Below are positions 1 through 9,903 of a DNA stretch of 64,000 bases, piece after piece. The notes below the pieces were generated by a model. The model was not told the origin of the DNA, did not search any database, and was given only the letters and a program-made list of their open reading frames with translations. Location: positions 93,825 through 157,824 of the forward strand of contig CAKVLR010000002.1 of assembly GCA_934757855.1 (NCBI GenBank). Direction: 5' to 3'. The position numbers and the translations under genes were made by a program. The first letter of the stretch is position 1. Each line of letters begins with the position of its first letter. The DNA is from an uncultured Clostridia bacterium. Lineage in GTDB: Bacteria; Bacillota; Clostridia; Christensenellales; UBA1242.

Positions 1-1210
<1,210 letters not shown>

Positions 1211-1389
1211 AATTATGACTCAAAACCAAACTACTTGCGTAATTTGAGATTTTGATTAATTGTTAATTTAGTTATACTTTGTTGCCAAAGTACAGAATTG
1301 ACAAGAACTCAAAAAACCTTATTTTGTATTAAAACTATTCAATTTTCAAGGTACTTGTGTTATCTCCGTTTCAGGTGATAACGATGTCG

Positions 1390-1418
1390 ATTATATCAGC
1401 AGTTGGGCATAATGTCAA
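1390..1418 (-). promoter_or_regulatory. Consensus sigma-A-type promoter for the rRNA operon
   Basis: The minus strand reads TTGACA (revcomp of 1413-1418), an exactly 17-nt spacer, then TATAAT (revcomp of 1390-1395). An A/T-rich UP-like tract lies upstream. The site is about 170 nt upstream of the 16S 5' end. Confidence 0.8.
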
Positions 1419-1690
1419 CAACTTTTTTAAAGTTTTTTGAAAAATTTTGAGTTTTTTGCCAAAAATACCCCATTTTTGCCCTTTTTGCAGTAAACCCACC
1501 CGTGTGTTTGTGGTATTTTATTTAATTTAGTTATATAAAAATTCCAAAAAATACTCAAAGTTTTCGCCCTGCTACCCTTTTTTACTTCGCAATTTTTGCC
1601 AAATTTGCCAAAATTTCACTATTTTTTACATACCTAAAAGCGAGAATTTTAATAAATTAACCCCTCGCAAGAATTGCAATTTTATTAGCC

Positions 1691-1720
1691 TACGCGCGCG
1701 CACGCGCGTATGTGTACGCG
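1691..1720. repeat. 30-nt perfectly alternating pyrimidine-purine GC-rich tract with an embedded 8-bp inverted repeat
   Basis: The tract is tacgcgcgcgcacgcgcgtatgtgtacgcg. TACGCGCG/CGCGCGTA form a perfect inverted repeat (1691-1698 / 1703-1710) around cgca. Confidence 0.9.
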
Positions 1721-1765
1721 TTCATATAAATATATATAATCAAAGCGGTAATGTTTTACATAACT

Positions 1766-1794
1766 TTGACTTTTAAATTTTCGTGTGGTATAAT
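1766..1794 (+). promoter_or_regulatory. Extended -10 sigma-A-type promoter for ung
   Basis: TTGACT (1766-1771), a 17-nt spacer, then TGgTATAAT (-10 hexamer at 1789-1794). The site is 27 nt upstream of the ung ATG. Confidence 0.7.
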
Positions 1795-1820
1795 TTTTAA
1801 AAAATCATAAAGGAACAATT

Positions 1821-2492
1821 ATGAAAATCTCGAAATCTTGGTACGAACTATTAAAACCCGAATTTGAAAAGCCATATTACAAGGAATTGCAAGCATTTTT
1901 GGCTGATGAGTACTCACACTACACTATTTACCCTACTCCTGACAATGTATTTAACGCGTTAAACTTAGTGCCGTACGACAAAGTGCGCGTAGTTATCATT
2001 GGTCAAGACCCTTACCACGCACCAAATCAAGCACACGGGCTTAGTTTTTCCGTACAAAAAGGTGTAGATATTCCGCCTAGCCTGCAAAATATTTACAAAG
2101 AAATTCAAAATGACTTGGGCTATCCTATTCCAACAACTGGCGACCTGACCAGTTGGGCAAAACAAGGCGTTCTGCTACTCAACTCAGTGCTTACCGTGCG
2201 TGCAGGTCTTGCAAATTCGCATAGAGGACACGGCTGGGAGCAATTTACAAGCGCGATTATTAGATTACTTTCCGAGCGCAATACGCCTATTATTTTTATG
2301 TTATGGGGAAACAATGCGAAAGCACTAGCAAAAGAAGTAGATACAAGCAAACATTTCATTCTCACAGCGCCTCACCCTAGCCCACTTTCTGCGTATTCTG
2401 GCTTTTTTGGTTGCAAGCATTTCAGCAAATGCAATGAGTTTTTAAAATCTATCGGCTCTACGCCTATTGACTGGCATATTAAATCTAACTAG
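1821..2492 (+). CDS. ung: Uracil-DNA glycosylase (family 1)
   Basis: 223 aa with the UDG family 1 motifs VVIIGQDPYH and HPSPLSA. Length is typical. Confidence 0.93.
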   Translation: MKISKSWYELLKPEFEKPYYKELQAFLADEYSHYTIYPTPDNVFNALNLVPYDKVRVVIIGQDPYHAPNQAHGLSFSVQKGVDIPPSLQNIYKEIQNDLGYPIPTTGDLTSWAKQGVLLLNSVLTVRAGLANSHRGHGWEQFTSAIIRLLSERNTPIIFMLWGNNAKALAKEVDTSKHFILTAPHPSPLSAYSGFFGCKHFSKCNEFLKSIGSTPIDWHIKSN

Positions 2493-2590
2493 AAATACTG
2501 AGAGACTACCCCTTGAAGTACCATTAGGTACGGAAGTCTGGCAGAACACGGCGGTCAAGTAGAATAGTGAGAAATTAGCCAGCAATATAT

Positions 2591-2674
2591 AGAGATTGCC
2601 ACCCCCCCTTACAGGGGTTCGCAATGACAAAAAGCAGAGATTGCCACGGTCGTTGCACTCCCTCGCAATGACAA
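2591..2674 (+). repeat. Two tandem ~40-nt units with conserved 12-nt flanks and a variable centre, in the ung 3' region
   Basis: Unit 1 is 2591-2630 and unit 2 is 2636-2674. Both read AGAGATTGCCAC-(15-16 nt)-TCGCAATGACAA. ATTGC/GCAAT can pair, and the unit 1 centre CCCCT-tac-AGGGG is itself a hairpin. Confidence 0.85.
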
Positions 2675-2685
2675 GTTGAAAAGAA

Positions 2686-2727
2686 AAAAGACATACTGAA
2701 TAAACTCAATATGTCTTTTCTTATTTT
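2686..2727. terminator. Bidirectional intrinsic terminator between ung and the convergent 2729-3613 gene
   Basis: AAAAGACATA (2686-2695) pairs with TATGTCTTTT (2710-2719) across a 14-nt loop. T-runs follow on both strands. Confidence 0.75.
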
Positions 2728-2728
2728 A

Positions 2729-3613
2729 CTATCTTTGTTGTTCTGACTCAAATTCAGCTTCATCAGGAGCGTAACCAATCACAATGTCATCATAAACATC
2801 GTATTCTTTGTTGTTGATTTTCTTTTTCTCAGGTTTTACCTCATCATCAAGGTTTATATCAATCACAGCCTCATCTGTTTTTCCGCCTTTAAAAGGGTCA
2901 GAAGCAAGCGCTTCTGCCTTTTTCTCTGCTTCAACACGCGCACGCTCTTTTTCCATTCGTTCGCGCTCCGCACCCACTTTTTGCCAAATCTCATCTTGAA
3001 CTATGTCACTTTCGGCAGATAAAATTCGTTTTTGCAACTTATAGCCCCAAGATGCCCTATCTTGAGCGTGGCGCAAAGCCTGCCTTGACACGATTTCTTT
3101 TGCATCATCAAGTGACAATTCAGGCGCAACAAACTCACTCTTTAATGCCAAAGCGCCCTTTTCGATATATTTCTCAGGGTTTGACCAAATGTGATATTTT
3201 AGCAATTTATTTAATTTTTTATTTGCTTCTTTGCTCTTGATTATATTGCTTCTTCTACAATGTAAAAACGAAGCAACAAAGCAACCAGCAATTACCACTG
3301 GCGCGCCGTAAATAGTGCCACCTAAAGCAACATTAACCAACAGCATATTGTTTACTTCAAATGCGTAATTGATTACATTATCTAAAATTTGCCCTTCAAG
3401 CATACCCAACGGATTTCGCATATAAAATGAAGCAAGACTAACAGAAGCAAGAGAGCCTAATACCAAATCCGCTTTCATCCAACGGCGATTGCGGTTACTT
3501 TTTAATTTTTGCAAACCTAACGCTTTATGAACATTGCGCAAAGGTTTAATTTCCTCTTTTGAAGGAGTCTTTACGCTCGGTTGAAAAATCTTTAAGTCAC
3601 TATTTTTTGACAT
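2729..3613 (-). CDS. Hypothetical membrane protein with an acidic, coiled-coil-like C-terminal half
   Basis: 294-aa ORF with a GAGGTG RBS 7 nt upstream of the ATG. Hydrophobic segments lie in the first half. No family recognised. Confidence 0.6.
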   Translation of the reverse strand: MSKNSDLKIFQPSVKTPSKEEIKPLRNVHKALGLQKLKSNRNRRWMKADLVLGSLASVSLASFYMRNPLGMLEGQILDNVINYAFEVNNMLLVNVALGGTIYGAPVVIAGCFVASFLHCRRSNIIKSKEANKKLNKLLKYHIWSNPEKYIEKGALALKSEFVAPELSLDDAKEIVSRQALRHAQDRASWGYKLQKRILSAESDIVQDEIWQKVGAERERMEKERARVEAEKKAEALASDPFKGGKTDEAVIDINLDDEVKPEKKKINNKEYDVYDDIVIGYAPDEAEFESEQQR

Positions 3614-3719
3614 AACTATTCACCTCTTATGAGGCATTATAACACAGAAACTAAAATCTGTAAACCCAAATTAAGCAAAAAGAGTAAATTTTTTACAAAT
3701 CTACTCTTTTAGGAATTTA

Positions 3720-4955
3720 TTATTTTTGTACTTTTTTCTTGCGCAAAATGTCACGCGCGGTCAAATGATACGGGCATTTTATCTTTAAAATTTGTTGCAC
3801 AAGGTTAGCGTCCCGCACCTCGTTCCCTTCCATATCAAAAATTTCAGTTACTATAAATGTCTTGTTGAAATTTTCACTAGGCGACAAAATTTCCAACTCA
3901 TCGCCTACCTTAAAACGGTTGCGTTGTTCAACGATAGCAAAATTTTGCGCATCGCTATCTTCTTTTACTTGCGCGATAAAGTCATATGTGGAAATAGGAT
4001 AACTTGTTTCCAAATACTCTCTATCTTTTTCACCTAGGCAAAAACCAGTCGTAAAACGGCGGTGACTACATTTTTCCAACTCGACAATTCTAGCAGGGTC
4101 AATCTTAAACTCGGCAGGGTTATTCTCCAAAATATCAAGAGCCTTGCGGTATGCGTTTACCACATTTGCCACATAATAAGCCGATTTCATTCTACCCTCA
4201 ATCTTAAAACTAGTGACACCAGCCTCAGCCATTTTGTCAAGGTAATTTATCATACACAAGTCTTTACTATTTAAAATATATGTACTGCGTTCATCTTGTT
4301 GAATTTCGTACTCCTCGCCATTGTTTTTGCGTGACTTTTCGGTGATAAAATATTCCCACCTGCACGCTTGCACGCAAGCACCGCGATTGCTATCTCTGCC
4401 TGATAAATAATTGCTAAGCAAACATCTACCAGAATAACTAATACACATTGCACCGTGTACAAACGCTTCCAACTCCACATCTTGTGGCAAAAAGTCGCGT
4501 ATTTCTTTTATCTCGTTAATACTTAACTCACGCGCTAAAATTATGCGTTTTGCACCCGCATCAGCCCAAAACTTAGCCGAATACTTGTTGCTTGCACACG
4601 CTTGTGTAGATAAATGGATAGGTAGATTGGGTACGACTTGCTTTGCTAAACTCATTACCCCCGCATCAGATACAATCACCGCATCGGCACCGATTTTTTC
4701 GAGATATTGTAAATACTCAGCCAAGCCTTCAAAATCACTATTGTGTGCTTGAATATTTACAGTAATGTACGCTTTTTTGCCCAATTTGTGAGTATAATTA
4801 ACATAAGTCGCGAGTTCATCATTATCAAAATTATCACTAAAAGCACGCAAGCCCCATTTTTTACCCGCAAAGTAGCACGCATCTGCCCCATAGTAAAGAG
4901 CAGTTTCCAATTTTTCTATGTCGCCCGCTGGCGCTAATAATTCAAATTTTTTCAT
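3720..4955 (-). CDS. Peptidase U32 family protein (TrhP/YrrN-YrrO-like, candidate tRNA U34 hydroxylation factor)
   Basis: 411 aa with the U32 signature region EAFVHGAMCISYSGRCLLSNYLSGRDSNRGACVQACRWEY. It sits directly downstream of a YrrM/TrmR-like methyltransferase, as in the Bacillus yrrMNO locus. Confidence 0.85.
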   Translation of the reverse strand: MKKFELLAPAGDIEKLETALYYGADACYFAGKKWGLRAFSDNFDNDELATYVNYTHKLGKKAYITVNIQAHNSDFEGLAEYLQYLEKIGADAVIVSDAGVMSLAKQVVPNLPIHLSTQACASNKYSAKFWADAGAKRIILARELSINEIKEIRDFLPQDVELEAFVHGAMCISYSGRCLLSNYLSGRDSNRGACVQACRWEYFITEKSRKNNGEEYEIQQDERSTYILNSKDLCMINYLDKMAEAGVTSFKIEGRMKSAYYVANVVNAYRKALDILENNPAEFKIDPARIVELEKCSHRRFTTGFCLGEKDREYLETSYPISTYDFIAQVKEDSDAQNFAIVEQRNRFKVGDELEILSPSENFNKTFIVTEIFDMEGNEVRDANLVQQILKIKCPYHLTARDILRKKKVQK

Positions 4956-4966
4956 AATTTTCTCCT

Positions 4967-5551
4967 TTACTTAAAACGCACTTCACTAATACCATCACCT
5001 ATATGGTAGATATTAGTGTTCAGCGTTTCATTTGTGGTAATTTTTGTGATAAAATCACGCATTTTTGCCACTGTACGCTCAAATCTAGGTTCGCTTATCG
5101 GCTTGCCATCTAACACCATTCCGCGAAAAAGCACATTATCGGACACCCAAACTCCGTTTTTCTCTAATAATGGCAAAATCATATCTACCATATCAACATA
5201 AGTCCCTTTTGGCCCGTCCAAAAATATTAAATCAAATTTTCTACCCAAAAGAGTTGGCAAAGTTTTTAGGCAATCGCCTTCAATAATTTCTACACGCGAA
5301 ATTAAGCCTAATTTTTCAAAATTCTCTTTTGCCAACTTAATATTTGGTTTACTTATTTCCAAACAACACAAATTTGCATTGCACTGCCTTAGCATACAAG
5401 CCCCCGAATAGCCTATCGCCATTCCAATTTCTAATATATTTTTGGGCTGTGTGTCCTTGCAAAGTTTTTCCAAATATTCACGGCTCTCACGCAACACAAC
5501 AGGGATTTTCCTCGCGCGAGCGTAAACTTCCATTTCATCTAAATAATCCAT
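4967..5551 (-). CDS. trmR: Class I SAM-dependent O-methyltransferase (YrrM/TrmR-like)
   Basis: 194 aa. SAM-binding ILEIGMAIGYS and FDLIFLDG motifs of the caffeoyl-CoA O-methyltransferase-like family. Synteny with the U32 peptidase. Confidence 0.6.
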   Translation of the reverse strand: MDYLDEMEVYARARKIPVVLRESREYLEKLCKDTQPKNILEIGMAIGYSGACMLRQCNANLCCLEISKPNIKLAKENFEKLGLISRVEIIEGDCLKTLPTLLGRKFDLIFLDGPKGTYVDMVDMILPLLEKNGVWVSDNVLFRGMVLDGKPISEPRFERTVAKMRDFITKITTNETLNTNIYHIGDGISEVRFK

Positions 5552-5552
5552 T

Positions 5553-7424
5553 TTATACTTCCAAAATAATAGGAATAATCATAGGCTTACGGCGTGTGCG
5601 CTTGAAGAATAGATTTGTAAGCACTTTTTTAACTGTATTTTTGATTTCATTCCAATCTTGTTTGCCCTCTTGATTTTGGCTCATTGCATCAATAATTACT
5701 TGTCTTGCCTCGCGCAAAATATCGCTAATTTCGTTTGGATAAATAAATCCGCGTGGAATTAACTCAGGACCGCTAGCAAGTTTGCCAGTTGACTTGTTGA
5801 TACCCAACACAACTACACAAATACCGTCCTCGGCAAGTTGCAATCTATCGCGCAAAACCGAATTGTCAAGGTCGCAAACAGTCTTGCCATCTACAATCTT
5901 TTCACCAGCCTCAACATCTGGAAGGGCTTTAATAGAATTTTGTGTTACTTCTACCACGCTACCTACATGAGGCACAATGATATTTTGAGGTTTCACACCC
6001 ATTTTGATAGCAAATTGTTCGTGGTATTTTAAATGTTTTACCTCACCGTGCATAGGCATAAAGAATCTAGGGCGAATAAGTTTGTGTACAATCATAAATT
6101 CTGTTTGACAAGCGTGACCTGATGCGTGTACATCACTCAAATCATCATAAATTACCTTTGCGCCTTGCAAAATTAACTGATTGATTATGTTTGTAACTGA
6201 TTTTTCATTACCTGGTACTGGTGAAGATGAGAAAATAACTGTATCATTTGTGCCGATACGAATGTTTGCCATTTCGCCATTTACCATTCTATCGAGGGCT
6301 GTATGCTCTTGACCTTGACTACCAGTAGCCAAAATTAAGATTTCATTATCTGCATACTTATCTACTCTATCGATATCAATAATTTGCTTGTGGTCAAATT
6401 TTATCTCGCCGATTTTCATAGCAAGTTCCATAGTATTTATCATACTACGCCCAGCAAAAGCAACTTTTCTGCCGAATTTTCTTGCCAAATCCATAATTTG
6501 TTGCACGCGGTGTACATTTGAAGCAAACGAAGTAATAATGATACGGTTTGTGCGTGATTCTTCCATAATTTCAGCCAAAGTTTCACCCACAACGCGTTCA
6601 CTCATCGCCATACCTGGGCGCTCAATGTTTGTACTCTCGCACAGCATCAGCAACACGCCTTTTCTTCCTAACTCACCCATACGGCTAAGGTCAGTTGTAT
6701 CGCCCGCAATCGGCGTAAAGTCGATTTTAAAGTCACCAGACACAAACACTAAGCCAACAGGAGTCGTAATAGCGAGTGCATACGCGCCTGCGATTGAGTG
6801 GTTTACATGGATAAACTCTACATTAAAACAACCAATATTTACCGCATTACCTGGGTTCATTGCGTAGCCTTTCATTTTGATTTTAGGAAATTCGCGCAAC
6901 TTGTTTTCAATCAAAGCAATACTCAATTTACTAGCGTAAACTGGTGCTTTTACCTCATCAAGGAAGTATGGCAAACTGCCTATGTGGTCCTCGTGTGCGT
7001 GAGTAATGCAAATACCTTTTATCATATCTTTGTGCTTCTTTAACCAAGACATATCTGGTATGACCAAATCAACACCTGGCATATCTGGTTCAGCAAAACC
7101 TACACCACAGTCAATAACCAAAATTTCATCGCCATAGCGAAGTGCAGTAATGTTGTCACCAACTTTACCTACCCCACCAAAAAACATAACTTGTAGTCCT
7201 TTTCCTTTTGGACCAAAGTTACGCACGCGTGGCTCTTGAGTCTTGTTTTGTTTAAAATTGCGTGGGTGCGCAGTATTTGCTTGTTTTGCCACCTTTTCAC
7301 CCTGCACATTGTTTTTAAAATGTTGCGCGCGTTCACGCTTTGTGAATGTACGCTTTTGAATTTTGTTTTCACTTGTTAGGGTATTTTCTTGCCCTACACT
7401 CTCGTTAATTTTTTCTGTTTCCAA
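5553..7424 (-). CDS. rnj: Ribonuclease J with a ~75-aa basic N-terminal extension
   Basis: 623 aa with the metallo-beta-lactamase motif THAHEDHIG, a beta-CASP region and an RNase J C-terminal domain. TTG start preceded by a GGAG RBS. The canonical N-terminus begins near LQVMFFGGVGKVGDN. Confidence 0.9.
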   Translation of the reverse strand: METEKINESVGQENTLTSENKIQKRTFTKRERAQHFKNNVQGEKVAKQANTAHPRNFKQNKTQEPRVRNFGPKGKGLQVMFFGGVGKVGDNITALRYGDEILVIDCGVGFAEPDMPGVDLVIPDMSWLKKHKDMIKGICITHAHEDHIGSLPYFLDEVKAPVYASKLSIALIENKLREFPKIKMKGYAMNPGNAVNIGCFNVEFIHVNHSIAGAYALAITTPVGLVFVSGDFKIDFTPIAGDTTDLSRMGELGRKGVLLMLCESTNIERPGMAMSERVVGETLAEIMEESRTNRIIITSFASNVHRVQQIMDLARKFGRKVAFAGRSMINTMELAMKIGEIKFDHKQIIDIDRVDKYADNEILILATGSQGQEHTALDRMVNGEMANIRIGTNDTVIFSSSPVPGNEKSVTNIINQLILQGAKVIYDDLSDVHASGHACQTEFMIVHKLIRPRFFMPMHGEVKHLKYHEQFAIKMGVKPQNIIVPHVGSVVEVTQNSIKALPDVEAGEKIVDGKTVCDLDNSVLRDRLQLAEDGICVVVLGINKSTGKLASGPELIPRGFIYPNEISDILREARQVIIDAMSQNQEGKQDWNEIKNTVKKVLTNLFFKRTRRKPMIIPIILEV

Positions 7425-7442
7425 TTTTATCTCCTTTTAAAA

Positions 7443-8396
7443 TTAAATAATATCCTTTAAATTATTAATATGTTCCCAATCTTCACGCTTTTTCGGTGAA
7501 ATAATTTCATCTTCACCCGCGTAAAAACGAAGTCCATTAATATAGAAGAAGCATACTTGCCCCATTATATTACTAAATAATAGAGTCGCAGGAACTGTAA
7601 GCAACAATCCAACCGATGCAGTAAAGATACAAGCCGCAATATTTCCTGCTATGTAAAGCAATGTCAGTATTAATTGCCTACTGTAAATTACACTAAAATT
7701 TTTTGCCATTCCCACAAAACTTTCGCGCAACGCGCCCCAAACTGTGCTATTGCGCACAATCATACAAGGCGCCCACATACAAAACAAAGTTTGGCGAAGC
7801 GCTACCAAAAGCGATAGCACTAGTACAATTAAAAATGGTGTCAAGAAACTAAGTATTGCGATATCAAAAGTAAACAAATACAACATTGCTACAAATACAG
7901 CAAGTATCAACATATCCACAGGCCAAACGACCAACAATTTTGCCAACTGCAATTTCATAGATTTTTTGAGGTTTTTTATAAAACAACAAAAGAAACTAAA
8001 TTTTGAGTTGCTAGACATATAGCCATACAAGCAATCAGCAATCGCAAGTTCGCTCAAATTTATCAAGAACGAACCACCTAGCGTAATAATTACCGCAAGA
8101 ATTATCACCAACGGCAATACAGTAGCGATATTTTGAGCAATAATTTCAAACAATGAAATTGTTAGTTGTGATATAGCACCCAAAAGTTCATCAATTCTAA
8201 AATTCATAAAGGTTTGGCTAAAAATATCACCAACTTGCGCAAAAAAGCCCGCTTGCGACAATTCATCAATTAGCGGATAACAGCACGCAATACCTATTCC
8301 ACATACAACAAGTATAGAGATAAGCATATATGGCAAAATTTTCCACACTAGCGTACCATTGCGCACAAATAATTTTGTAGAATCAGTCAATATCAT
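7443..8396 (-). CDS. Polytopic membrane protein, unknown function
   Basis: 317 aa with multiple long hydrophobic segments and a GGAAGG RBS. Co-directional with the rnj operon. Confidence 0.6.
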   Translation of the reverse strand: MILTDSTKLFVRNGTLVWKILPYMLISILVVCGIGIACCYPLIDELSQAGFFAQVGDIFSQTFMNFRIDELLGAISQLTISLFEIIAQNIATVLPLVIILAVIITLGGSFLINLSELAIADCLYGYMSSNSKFSFFCCFIKNLKKSMKLQLAKLLVVWPVDMLILAVFVAMLYLFTFDIAILSFLTPFLIVLVLSLLVALRQTLFCMWAPCMIVRNSTVWGALRESFVGMAKNFSVIYSRQLILTLLYIAGNIAACIFTASVGLLLTVPATLLFSNIMGQVCFFYINGLRFYAGEDEIISPKKREDWEHINNLKDII

Positions 8397-8411
8397 AGAT
8401 TACCTTCCTAC

Positions 8412-9227
8412 TTAAAATTTCACGAACAAACGGCGTTTGTCGTAGCGTTTTATATCGTTAAACTCACAAAAAACAATCATTCCCAAGATACATTCGATAG
8501 GCAAGAAAATAAGTAGCCCCAAAATATTGCCAAGCCAAACAATTTTTAGCAAAGTGCAAATTGCGATAATCACAAACACAGTCACACACAACACTGCTTC
8601 AACAAGTAAAATTTGCCAAACATTGCGTGAAATTGCGTGTGTCGCATCTGAAAATGAAACATTTAGTGGCGAACCGTTTATCATCATACCTATACAAGTT
8701 TGAATAAATAATGTAAACGCACGCATAATCAAAAACATTCCCAAAATCAGCACGATATAATTAAATATTGCACTAAACACATTGCCTACCCCATTTTTTG
8801 CACACAAGAAATGTACAAAAAACATAAGTAGCATCATAACTAGATTGATAATGTAGGCAACAACTGCAAGAATTGCCACAACTTTTAACACACTCAGCAC
8901 ATTGCTGTTTAGGCTAAATCCGTTGACTACTGAGGGCTTGCCCGTTTTGAAGTGTCTTTCGATAAAGCCTAGGAATAGGCTCATTGACACAACCAACAAA
9001 ACTAAACCTAGTATTATCCACAACACATCAAGCCAACCTATCCCATATACCGCGGTATAAAATTGTCCAAAATTCATCAAAGTGTAATTTGGATATTCCA
9101 CCACAAATTGAAACAATGAAAAAGGCTTTAGGAGCGCACCTATAAAAATTGCAGGCGCGACACAAAAAATCACTACATAAATGAAATTTTTGCAATAATA
9201 ATTTAAGATATCTTTTAGATAATTCAT
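8412..9227 (-). CDS. Polytopic membrane protein, unknown function
   Basis: Multi-TM ORF. I prefer the internal ATG at 9227 (GGGGT 8 nt upstream) over the ORF-track start at 9248, which has no RBS. The start is uncertain. Confidence 0.55.
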   Translation of the reverse strand: MNYLKDILNYYCKNFIYVVIFCVAPAIFIGALLKPFSLFQFVVEYPNYTLMNFGQFYTAVYGIGWLDVLWIILGLVLLVVSMSLFLGFIERHFKTGKPSVVNGFSLNSNVLSVLKVVAILAVVAYIINLVMMLLMFFVHFLCAKNGVGNVFSAIFNYIVLILGMFLIMRAFTLFIQTCIGMMINGSPLNVSFSDATHAISRNVWQILLVEAVLCVTVFVIIAICTLLKIVWLGNILGLLIFLPIECILGMIVFCEFNDIKRYDKRRLFVKF

Positions 9228-9383
9228 AATTTTACCCCATTTCCGCATAGATAAAACGCAAATTTACAAACCAAAACTAACAAAATCTGCCGACTTTTCT
9301 CCCACGGCTATTAGATTTTTATACATTAATATAATATAGATAGGGTCATAAAAACCCAAAATTAATCCTAACTTATTGATTTC

Positions 9384-9412
9384 ATTATATCATATAATTT
9401 ATATTAAATCAA
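9384..9412 (-). promoter_or_regulatory. Sigma-A-type promoter for the membrane-protein/rnj operon
   Basis: The minus strand reads TTGATT (revcomp of 9407-9412), a 17-nt spacer, then TATAAT (revcomp of 9384-9389). Confidence 0.65.
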
Positions 9413-9432
9413 GTGTTTAGTATAAATTCTAC

Positions 9433-9466
9433 CAAAACAAAAAAGAGAGGCAAACTTGCCCCTCTC
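9433..9466 (-). terminator. Intrinsic terminator closing the phage-like cluster
   Basis: The minus strand reads GAGAGGGGCAAGTTTGCCTCTC followed by TTTTTTGTTTT, 20 nt after the holin stop. Confidence 0.75.
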
Positions 9467-9485
9467 GAAAATTGTTAACAAAAAA

Positions 9486-9902
9486 CTAATTGTTAGCATC
9501 AATTTTTGCGAAACCTTCTAGCACCTCTCTACGCACCTCATAAATAGGTTTTACATCATAATTTTTAGCAACATTATCAGCATTTTGACTATCTGTGCAA
9601 TCGCTTTTAGTTTCGTTTTCTACTTTTTCTTGCTCAACAACAAAATTTTCTTGCTTTACTTGATTTTCTTGTTCCATTTGTTCCTCTTTTTCCATATTAT
9701 TTATCAAATTTTGTGCAGGGTGCGTAATTATCCCTAACACAACAAACACACCCAGCACACTATTTACAATCGACATATAAATTTCTTCATTAATTACCAG
9801 CCCCAACGGCTTGCCTACTGCTTGCACAAGTAGCAAAACAGCACTCGCTAGCGACACCCAGAAACTGTAATTTTTGAGTCGATTTTTTAATTTTACGCTC
9901 AT
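9486..9902 (-). CDS. Holin, phi-LC3-like family, with a long acidic C-terminal tail
   Basis: The N-terminus LKNRLKNYSFWVSLASAVLLLVQAVG plus a second TM (VLGVFVVLGIITHP) matches my recollection of the phi-LC3/TIGR01598 holin pattern. It is the last gene of the phage-like cluster. Confidence 0.6.
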   Translation of the reverse strand: MSVKLKNRLKNYSFWVSLASAVLLLVQAVGKPLGLVINEEIYMSIVNSVLGVFVVLGIITHPAQNLINNMEKEEQMEQENQVKQENFVVEQEKVENETKSDCTDSQNADNVAKNYDVKPIYEVRREVLEGFAKIDANN

Positions 9903-9903
9903 A

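Noticed and set aside
1430-1640. Recurrent TTTTTGCC(AAA) strings upstream of the rRNA promoter, with similar strings near 22670-22700 and 33060-33250
   Set aside because: These are short, A/T-dominated and irregularly spaced. They are consistent with AT-rich promoter-upstream composition (UP-like tracts), and I cannot separate them from compositional bias by eye.
2591-2674. Possible CRISPR array
   Set aside because: There are only two units, 5 nt apart, with the variable part inside the unit rather than between units, and no cas genes in the window.
2575-2778. 67-aa minus-strand ORF with a repeated WQSL peptide
   Set aside because: The peptide repeat only mirrors the tandem DNA units at 2591-2674, and the ORF runs through the bidirectional terminator. 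It is treated as non-coding.
9249-9485. Search for att-type direct repeats between the left flank (9249-9485) and the right flanks (21084-21204, 22665-22955) of the phage-like cluster
   Set aside because: I found no shared block longer than about 10 nt apart from generic AT-rich strings. The only exact flanking repeat is the family-derived 14-mer reported as a finding.
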